From contig CBDASZ010000001.1 in assembly GCA_965199755.1 (NCBI GenBank), forward strand, positions 640,001 to 704,000: a stretch of DNA of 64,000 bases, written 5' to 3'. Numbering within the stretch: the stretch's first letter is position 1; every line of letters starts with the position of its first letter. The position numbers and the translations under genes were made by a program. Positions 56,853-64,000 of the stretch are shown here, in pieces. A model generated the notes under the pieces. The model made no database searches and was not told the origin of the DNA. It saw nothing but the letters and a program-made list of their open reading frames with translations. Origin of the DNA: an uncultured candidatus Porisulfidus sp. GTDB lineage: Bacteria; Pseudomonadota; Gammaproteobacteria; Poriferisulfidales; Poriferisulfidaceae.

Positions 56853-58328
56853 ATGGCGATGAAAATTGAGGAAGCACTAACCTTTGATGACGTGCTTCTG
56901 GTGCCGGGCCACTCGGAGGTTTTGCCACGCGAGGTGGCGCTCTCCACACCGCTCGTTCCCGGGCTGGACCTCAACATTCCATTTCTGTCCGCCGCCATGG
57001 ACACCGTTACTGAGGCGGAACTCGCTATTGCCATGGCGCAGGAAGGCGGCCTCGGCGTGGTGCACAAGAATCTGAGTATCGAGGCGCAGGCCGAACAGGT
57101 CCGCCGCGTCAAGAAATACGAAAGCGGCGTGATCCGCGAACCGCTGACCACCCATCCTCAGGCCAGCGTCTCCGAAGTGCTGGAACTGACCCGCGCGCAT
57201 AACATCTCCGGTGTGCCGGTGGTCGACGGTGAGAATCTGGTCGGCATCGTCACGCATCGGGATTTGCGTTTCGAGACCAATCTGGCGCAGCCGGTGTCCG
57301 CCATTATGACGCCGCGTGACCGACTGATTACAGCGCCGGAAGGCACTGCGCTGTCGGTGGTGCAGGATTCGCTGCGCGAGCACAGAATTGAGAAGTTGCT
57401 GATCGTGGATAGCGAGTTTCGTCTGCGTGGCATGGTGACGGTCAAGGACATCCAGAAATCGACTGACTACCCGAACTCCTGCAAGGATGAGCAGGGCAGC
57501 CTGCGCGTCAGCGCCGCAGTCGGCGCGGACAGTGACGGCATGGAGCGTGCCGCTGCGCTGGTGGAGGCGGGCGCGGATGTGCTGACGCTCGATAGCGCAC
57601 ACGGACACTCCGAAGGAGTGCTTGCGCGGATTCGTGAGATGCGCGCGGCTTGGCCGGATCTGCGGCTGATTGCCGGCAATGTGGCGATCGGAGAGGGCGC
57701 GGTGGCGCTGGCAGATGCTGGTGCGAATGCGGTCAAGGTCGGGGTGGGTCCCGGTTCGATCTGCACCACCCGCGTGGTGGCGGGTGTGGGCATGCCGCAG
57801 GTGTCGGCCATTATGAATGTCACTGCGGCTTTGGCGGAGCGCGGCGGCGACCCTGTTCCGGTGATCGCGGATGGCGGAATTCGTTATTCCGGCGACGCGA
57901 TGAAGGCACTGGCGGCAGGCGCATCCACCGTGATGATCGGCTCATTGCTCGCCGGCGTCAGTGAGGCACCGGGTGAGGTGGAGTTGTATCAGGGGCGTTC
58001 GTACAAGCTGTACCGCGGCATGGGTTCGCTCGGTGCGATGCAGCGCGGCTCACGAGAGCGCTACTTTCAAGGCGAGACCGAGGAAGCCGCCAAATTGGTG
58101 CCGGAAGGCATTGAAGGGCGGGTGCCGTACAAAGGCCCCTTGTCCGGTGTCATTCACCAGTTGGTCGGCGGCGTTCGCTCCGGCATGGGTTACATCGGTG
58201 CCGGCACGATGAGCGAACTCCATGCGCGGGCGCGCATGGTACGCGTGACACTGGCAGGTCTGCGCGAAAGCCACGCGCACGACGTGTTGATCACCAAAGA
58301 GGCGCCGAACTACCGCACCGAGATCTGA
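56853..58328 (+). CDS. guaB: IMP dehydrogenase
   Basis: [19 protein letters not shown] pair, [24 protein letters not shown]. Confidence 0.97.
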   Translation: MAMKIEEALTFDDVLLVPGHSEVLPREVALSTPLVPGLDLNIPFLSAAMDTVTEAELAIAMAQEGGLGVVHKNLSIEAQAEQVRRVKKYESGVIREPLTTHPQASVSEVLELTRAHNISGVPVVDGENLVGIVTHRDLRFETNLAQPVSAIMTPRDRLITAPEGTALSVVQDSLREHRIEKLLIVDSEFRLRGMVTVKDIQKSTDYPNSCKDEQGSLRVSAAVGADSDGMERAAALVEAGADVLTLDSAHGHSEGVLARIREMRAAWPDLRLIAGNVAIGEGAVALADAGANAVKVGVGPGSICTTRVVAGVGMPQVSAIMNVTAALAERGGDPVPVIADGGIRYSGDAMKALAAGASTVMIGSLLAGVSEAPGEVELYQGRSYKLYRGMGSLGAMQRGSRERYFQGETEEAAKLVPEGIEGRVPYKGPLSGVIHQLVGGVRSGMGYIGAGTMSELHARARMVRVTLAGLRESHAHDVLITKEAPNYRTEI

Positions 58329-58331
58329 TTC

Positions 58332-59882
58332 GTGCCCGCGGATATCCACGCTGAACGAATTCTGGTTCTGGATTTCGGTTCACAGACCACGCAGTTGATC
58401 GCGCGGCGTGTGCGCGAGGCGGGCTGCTACTGCGAGATTTACGCTTGCGACGCCAGTGCGGAGGAAATTCGCGCCTTCGCGCCGCGCGGCATCGTGATGT
58501 CCGGCGGCCCCGAGACCACCACCGAGGAAGTTCATCCGCCAGTGCCGGAGGCGGTGCTGAAACTGGAGGTTCCGGTGCTGGGTATTTGCTACGGTATGCA
58601 GGCGCTGGCGCTGCGTCTGGACGGCACCGTACATGCCGGGGAGTGTCGTGAGTTCGGGCACGCCACGATCCGCCGCATGCAGGCGCACCCGCTGCTGGAT
58701 GCGCTGGGTGAGGATGCCACCGTGTGGATGTCGCATGGCGATCATGTCACGGCTGTCCCGGAAGGGTTCGCAGTGCTGGCGGATACCGAATCCATACCGG
58801 TCGCCGCCATGGCGCATCAAGAGCGCCCGTGGTTCGGCTTGCAGTTTCACCCGGAGGTTACGCATACGCCGGGCGGGAGTGATCTGTTCGCGTGGTTTGT
58901 TCGCGAGGTGTGCGGATGTCACGGGCTGTGGCGGCCGCAGGCGATCATTGAAGACTGCATTGAGTCGGTGCGCGCACAAGTCGCGGATCGTGGCGTGGTG
59001 CTGGCGCTGTCTGGCGGTGTGGATTCCTCCGTGGTGGCGGCTTTGCTCGGACGCGCCATTGGCGAGCAGTTGCATTGCATTTTCGTGGACAACGGCCTGT
59101 TGCGTGAAGGCGAGGGCGATCAGGTCATGCGCACGTTTGGCGAGTTGGGCGTGGAAGTGATTCGTGTGAATGCGCAGGAACGGTTTTATGCGGCGCTGGC
59201 GGGGGTGGCAGACCCTGAAGAAAAACGACGCATTATCGGACGCGAGTTCATCCACGTGTTTCAGGAAGAAGCGGAGAAGTTGACGGATGTGCGCTATCTG
59301 GCGCAAGGGACGATCTATCCTGATGTGATCGAATCAGCCGCGGCGGCGAGTGGCAAGGCGCACCTGATCAAGTCACACCATAACGTCGGTGGTTTGCCGG
59401 AGACGCTGCATCTGGAACTGGTCGAGCCGTTGCGTGAGTTGTTTAAAGACGAGGTTCGCCGTCTGGGGCACGAACTGGGTTTGCCGGCTGAATTGATCGG
59501 ACGTCATCCGTTTCCCGGCCCTGGACTGGGGGTGCGTATTCTCGGCGAGGTGCGTGAGGAGTACGCGCGTCTGGCGCGCGCGGCCGATCATATCTTTATT
59601 GAAGAGTTGCGTGCCGCCGATTTGTACGATCAGGTGGCGCAGGCATTTGTGGTGTTTCTGCCGGTACGGGCGGTGGGTGTGATGGGAGACGGACGACGCT
59701 ATGACTATGTGGTCAGCTTGCGGGCGGTGGAGACGCAGGATTTTATGACGGCGCGATGGGCGCGACTGCCTGCGGAGTTTCTGGAGTGCTGTGCTCGACG
59801 CATCATCAACGAGGTGGAAGGCATCGCGCGGGTGTGCTATGACATCTCCAGCAAGCCGCCTGCCACGGTTGAATGGGAATAA
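58332..59882 (+). CDS. guaA: GMP synthase (glutamine-hydrolysing)
   Basis: [43 protein letters not shown]. Confidence 0.97.
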   Translation: MPADIHAERILVLDFGSQTTQLIARRVREAGCYCEIYACDASAEEIRAFAPRGIVMSGGPETTTEEVHPPVPEAVLKLEVPVLGICYGMQALALRLDGTVHAGECREFGHATIRRMQAHPLLDALGEDATVWMSHGDHVTAVPEGFAVLADTESIPVAAMAHQERPWFGLQFHPEVTHTPGGSDLFAWFVREVCGCHGLWRPQAIIEDCIESVRAQVADRGVVLALSGGVDSSVVAALLGRAIGEQLHCIFVDNGLLREGEGDQVMRTFGELGVEVIRVNAQERFYAALAGVADPEEKRRIIGREFIHVFQEEAEKLTDVRYLAQGTIYPDVIESAAAASGKAHLIKSHHNVGGLPETLHLELVEPLRELFKDEVRRLGHELGLPAELIGRHPFPGPGLGVRILGEVREEYARLARAADHIFIEELRAADLYDQVAQAFVVFLPVRAVGVMGDGRRYDYVVSLRAVETQDFMTARWARLPAEFLECCARRIINEVEGIARVCYDISSKPPATVEWE

Positions 59883-59921
59883 TACGGCGACTAATGCTGG
59901 AAACGGCAGGAGGGTAAGAGG

Positions 59922-60266
59922 GTGCCTTTAACGAGAGATTTTAGGATCACTATCCAGAAGCGTAATCAGCGAGACCCTGCATTTTGCAGGGCCCTGTTGC
60001 AAGGAATAGCCGAACTTATTCTTGCCGATGATACTGTCATCGCCAAGAAAGTCATGCGAGACTATATTAATGCGACGATCGGTTTTGAGGAGTTGGCCCG
60101 GAACCTTGACAAGTTGAGCAAGAGTCTGATGCGTATGTTTAGCCGCGATGGGAATCCGCAACTGAAGAACTTGTCCGCAGTGATTCATTGCCTGCAGAAG
60201 AAAAAAGGCATCCGTCTGGAAGTCAAGGCTCGGGACCTGGAGATCGAAGCCGCGAAAGCAGCTTAA
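59922..60266 (+). CDS. HTH transcriptional regulator / addiction-module antidote-like protein with no toxin neighbour
   Basis: LTRDF...RDPAF..ALL, RDYINATIGFEELA, KSLMRMF...GNP..NL pattern; AT-richer than flanks. Confidence 0.72.
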   Translation: MPLTRDFRITIQKRNQRDPAFCRALLQGIAELILADDTVIAKKVMRDYINATIGFEELARNLDKLSKSLMRMFSRDGNPQLKNLSAVIHCLQKKKGIRLEVKARDLEIEAAKAA

Positions 60267-60300
60267 GCAGTGGCACCGCCAGTACAGATGATGAGGGACG

Positions 60301-60759
60301 ATGTTTACCGATGATCACTGGATGGAGCAGGCACTGGAATTGGCGCGGTCGGCTGAAGAGGCCGGCGAGGTTCCGGTCGGTGCCCTTGTGGTCTGCCAAG
60401 ACCAGGTGATCGGGCGTGGAAGCAATAGCAGCATCGCGTGGAGCGATCCCAGTGCGCACGCCGAGGTTGTGGCATTGCGTGAGGCTGGACGCACGCGCGG
60501 CAACTATCGCCTCACAGACGCGGTGGTTTATGTCACGCTGGAGCCGTGCATGATGTGTGTGGGTGCCATGATCACGGCGCGCATCAATCGACTGGTGTTT
60601 GGTGCCACCGATTCCAAGGCGGGATTTCTGGGTGGTGCCTTTGATGCGCGTGAGCTGGAATTTCCGAACCATTGCTTTGAGGTGACTGCGGGAGTCTGCG
60701 CCGAGCAGAGCGCGGCGCTGCTACAGGATTTTTTCAGACGGCGGCGTGTGGCGCAGTAG
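60301..60759 (+). CDS. tadA: tRNA adenosine(34) deaminase
   Basis: GEVPVGA, DPSAHAE, YVTLEPCMMC, FF..RR. Confidence 0.95.
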   Translation: MFTDDHWMEQALELARSAEEAGEVPVGALVVCQDQVIGRGSNSSIAWSDPSAHAEVVALREAGRTRGNYRLTDAVVYVTLEPCMMCVGAMITARINRLVFGATDSKAGFLGGAFDARELEFPNHCFEVTAGVCAEQSAALLQDFFRRRRVAQ

Positions 60760-60916
60760 GCCAGATGCCTCTGCGGGGCTCCTCATTTTGTTGTTATTTG
60801 ATTCGGCTATAATGGCGCATCGTTGTGAGGCCGCTAACTTGGTCTTGGCAGCGAATTTGCAAAGACACTTTATAATTGAGCCCGCAACCTGCGTTATCCG
60901 CTCATAAGATTTCTAT

Positions 60917-62770
60917 ATGGAAACGTTTCCTTCGTTATTGCTGAATCTGGCCAAGAGTGACCCGAAGCGGGTGTTCATCCGCAGCAAGAAGTTTGGCGTC
61001 TGGGGCGCTACCACGCGAGGCGAGGCGCTGGACAGCATTTCCATAATGGCGCAAGCCCTGGAGGGGCGCGGCCTGAAAGCAGGGGACCGCTTTGGCGTAT
61101 TTGGCCCGAACAGCGACCAGATGTACTTGGGCTATCTGGCGGCGCAAAGTCTGGGCGCGATCCCGGTGCCGATAAGCAACAGTGCGTACGGCGAGAGTCT
61201 GAGAGAAGTCATTGATGGTGCCGGCGTAACGAAAGTGCTGGCGATGGAGCAGCAACATGTGGATGCCTTGCTTGAATGCGGGCAGCAGTCTGTGCAGGAA
61301 ATCATTTACATCAGTGCCCGCGGTCTGGCCAACTATGATCAGCCGGAACTGGTGTGGCTGGACACGGCAATCGAAGGCATCAGTCCCGATGCGGCAAAAC
61401 TGCAAGGCTGGATCAATCAACGCAATCCGGGTGACACAGCGGTGATCGTCATGAGTTCCGGGACGACCGCGGCGGCGCAAATGGTCGAATTATCTCACCG
61501 CGCCGTCATCAGCACCGCGCAAGCAGTGGCTTCCCGCTGCAATGTGACTTCCTCCGATGAATTAATGGCCTATCTTCCGCTCGGCTTTTCTAACGATTTT
61601 CTTTTTTCCTATTCTCTGGCGCTGGTCACAGGCTGTAGCATGAACTGTCCTGAAGGCGACGACACGGTTTTAGGGAACCTGCAAGAGATTGGCCCGACTA
61701 TTCTGTTTGGGCCGGCATATGTCTACAAGTACATTTACGCGCATGCGGCCAACCGGGTCGAGAGCCTGGCCGACCTCAGCGCACGCACATTCCGGTGGGC
61801 TTTGCGCAGTGCGATGAAGGTCGCGGAGACTTGGGCGCGAGGAGACAAGCCGTCGCTGCTGGCGATGCTGAAGCGTTATCTGGGCCTGATCTTGATATTC
61901 CGTCCCTACCTCAATGTTTATGGCCTGAGCCGGATACGCATTGCGCTGTCAGGTGGCACCGGAGTGCCTGCCGAGGTGATGAAGTTCTATCAAGCCATCG
62001 GCGTGGATTTGCGTGAGACTTACGGCCTGGTGGAAGGCAGCGGCTGTCTAACCATGCAGGGTCCGAAGGACTGGGTCGATGACTGCATGGGACAGCCTCT
62101 TGATGGGGTGCAACTGGAACTTCGCGACGGTGAAGTGTGGTTTCGCAGCCCCGGACAGATGAAAGGAGTCTACAATGCCCCCGATGCCACGGCGGAGCAG
62201 ACGGTGGATGGCTGGACTCGTACCTACGATGCGGGCGTCGTTGACGATGTAGGGCGGTTGCATTTGCGCGGACGAACCCAGCGCATGACGCAATTTGATG
62301 GCACAGACTTTTCTGCGGACTTTATGGAGTCGTTGCTGAAATCTTCAAAATATATTCGCCAGGCCGCCGTGTTTGGACAAAATCGGGACTATCCGGTCGC
62401 GATTATTGCCATTGACGGCAATATCGCGCGCACCTGGGCGGATCGCAACAATCTGCGCTACACCGGATACTCCGAACTTTCAGCGCACGAAGAAGTGCAA
62501 AGCATGGTGCGTGATCAGTTACAGGAAATCAATCAGAGAGTGGCAGACAACCCTAATCTGCCGGCTAGCCCTGTGAAGCGCTTCGCGCTGCTCAATCGGG
62601 CCTTTATGGCCTCGCAAGGCGAGGTGACGGAGACCCGCAAAGTACGCTGGGATGTCTTCGCCAAACGTCATACGGGTTTGCTTGAGGCACTGTATGGCGG
62701 CGCGACGGAGTACAACTACACGGACCCCGCTGACGGACATTCCTACACCCTGCAACTCGGAGATGTGTGA
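60917..62770 (+). CDS. AMP-binding long-chain acyl-CoA ligase-like protein with divergent motifs
   Basis: K.FGVW, SSGTT, YLPL, YGL.E, MKGVY..PDAT, GEVT.TRKVR; upstream of Liv-type ABC genes. Confidence 0.8.
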   Translation: METFPSLLLNLAKSDPKRVFIRSKKFGVWGATTRGEALDSISIMAQALEGRGLKAGDRFGVFGPNSDQMYLGYLAAQSLGAIPVPISNSAYGESLREVIDGAGVTKVLAMEQQHVDALLECGQQSVQEIIYISARGLANYDQPELVWLDTAIEGISPDAAKLQGWINQRNPGDTAVIVMSSGTTAAAQMVELSHRAVISTAQAVASRCNVTSSDELMAYLPLGFSNDFLFSYSLALVTGCSMNCPEGDDTVLGNLQEIGPTILFGPAYVYKYIYAHAANRVESLADLSARTFRWALRSAMKVAETWARGDKPSLLAMLKRYLGLILIFRPYLNVYGLSRIRIALSGGTGVPAEVMKFYQAIGVDLRETYGLVEGSGCLTMQGPKDWVDDCMGQPLDGVQLELRDGEVWFRSPGQMKGVYNAPDATAEQTVDGWTRTYDAGVVDDVGRLHLRGRTQRMTQFDGTDFSADFMESLLKSSKYIRQAAVFGQNRDYPVAIIAIDGNIARTWADRNNLRYTGYSELSAHEEVQSMVRDQLQEINQRVADNPNLPASPVKRFALLNRAFMASQGEVTETRKVRWDVFAKRHTGLLEALYGGATEYNYTDPADGHSYTLQLGDV

Positions 62771-63549
62771 CGATGGAAACCGGGCATTCGATTCTGCAGG
62801 TTGAAGACATCACCTTGGCCTTTGGGGGCGTCACCGCGCTCAACGGCATCAGCTTCAATGTTGAGCAAGGCGAAATCTGCGCAGTGATCGGGCCTAACGG
62901 TGCCGGCAAGTCGTCAATGCTGAACGTCATCAATGGCGTCTATCGGCCGCAGAAGGGGGAAGTGATCTTCAAGGGTCAATCGTGCACCCGGATGCGTCCG
63001 CGGCAAATTGCGCTGCTCGGCATGGCGCGAACCTTCCAGAACATCGCTTTGTTCCAGGGCATGACGGTACTCGACAACATCCTCACTGGACGCAGCCTGA
63101 AGATTCGCTCGACGTGGGTCGAGCAGGGACTGAACATTGGTCGTGCCCGTCGCGAGGAAGTGGAGAACCGCAAAGCGGCCGAACAGGTGATCGAGTTTCT
63201 GCACCTGCAGAATATTCGCAAGACTCCGGTGGGCAAATTGCCTTATGGCCTGCAAAAGCGTGTCGAGTTGGCGCGTGCGCTGGTGGCGGAACCGTCCTTG
63301 TTGCTACAGGATGAGCCGATGACCGGTATGAACCTGGAAGAGAAGAAAGACATGTCTTGTTTCGCGCTCGAAATCAACCGTGAGTTTGGCACCACCATCG
63401 TGCTGATTGAGCATGACATGAGTGTGGTGATGGACATTTCGGATCACGTGGTGGTGCTGGACTATGGCGCGAAAATTGGTGATGGCACCCCGGACGATGT
63501 GAAAAACAACCAGCAAGTAATTGATGCCTATCTGGGCGTGAGCCGCTGA
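62767..63549 (+). CDS. Liv-type ABC transporter ATP-binding subunit (LivG-like)
   Basis: GPNGAGKS Walker A, RTFQN, LPYGLQKRVELARAL, DEP, IEHDM, AYLG. Confidence 0.93.
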   Translation: MTMETGHSILQVEDITLAFGGVTALNGISFNVEQGEICAVIGPNGAGKSSMLNVINGVYRPQKGEVIFKGQSCTRMRPRQIALLGMARTFQNIALFQGMTVLDNILTGRSLKIRSTWVEQGLNIGRARREEVENRKAAEQVIEFLHLQNIRKTPVGKLPYGLQKRVELARALVAEPSLLLQDEPMTGMNLEEKKDMSCFALEINREFGTTIVLIEHDMSVVMDISDHVVVLDYGAKIGDGTPDDVKNNQQVIDAYLGVSR

Positions 63550-63560
63550 GGACGAAAACA

Positions 63561-64000
63561 ATGGACATGGCATTTGACTGGGTTTTCTTTATTGAGATTA
63601 TTGTCGGTGGACTGATGTCCGGCGTCATGTACTCGCTGGTGGCGATTGGCTTTGTCTTGATCTACAAATCCTCCGGGATCTTCAACTTCGCACAAGGCAC
63701 GATGCTGCTGTTCGCGGCGCTGACCTTTGTCAAGTTGACGGAAGGCGGGGTGAACTTCTGGGTCGCGCTGTTGGTGACCATGGCCACCATGGTGGTGTTC
63801 GGTATTCTGGTCGAGCGCTTCATGATGCGCCCGCTGGCTAACCAGTCGCTGCTGTCGCTGTTTATGGCGACGGTGGGTCTGGCGACGCTGATTGAGGGAA
63901 TGTCCCAGTACGTTTGGGATTCCGCGATTCACGGCTTGCAGCTGGCGAATTTCCTGGACCTCGCCTTGCTGGATCCGGTCAACATGACAGTCTTTGTGGT
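63561..64000 (+). CDS. Liv-type ABC transporter permease (LivH-like), 3' truncated by window edge
   Basis: Hand translation MDMAFDWVFFIEIIVGGLMSGVMYSLVAIGFVLIYKSSGIFNFAQG. Confidence 0.9.
   Translation, partial: MDMAFDWVFFIEIIVGGLMSGVMYSLVAIGFVLIYKSSGIFNFAQGTMLLFAALTFVKLTEGGVNFWVALLVTMATMVVFGILVERFMMRPLANQSLLSLFMATVGLATLIEGMSQYVWDSAIHGLQLANFLDLALLDPVNMTVFV

Overview
GC-rich chromosomal window whose gene content and order point to a gammaproteobacterium. Most of it is housekeeping: clpB (3' part), proS, perM-bcp, dapA-bamC, folE2, the complete ribosomal-protein/RNA-polymerase supercluster (17.4-49.6 kb, two apparently identical tuf genes, tRNA-Tyr/Gly/Thr/Trp), moaA, ubiA-bioB-bioF-coaBC-dut-algC, guaB-guaA, tadA, and the start of an acyl-CoA ligase/Liv-type ABC cluster. 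Accessory or unusual elements: (1) five genes between bcp and dapA, where gcvR usually sits: a STAS plus REC-PP2C-kinase partner switch facing a LolA-like protein, single-enzyme squalene synthase and ispH; (2) an AT-richer defence islet before rpsL with a putative type II R-M pair and a fused HEPN-MNT protein whose RNase His is replaced by Tyr; (3) a circularly permuted supercluster (str-S10-spc-alpha precedes tRNA-tuf-secE-rpoBC) with very short leader regions; (4) long low-complexity extensions on uS10, uL23 and uS17; (5) an RpoB with an expanded beta-i4 insertion and substitutions at normally conserved DNA-contacting arginines; (6) an orphan antitoxin after guaA. No CRISPR array, rRNA, transposase or integrase was seen. 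All calls come from motif recognition by eye; no searches were run, and reference comparisons are from memory.
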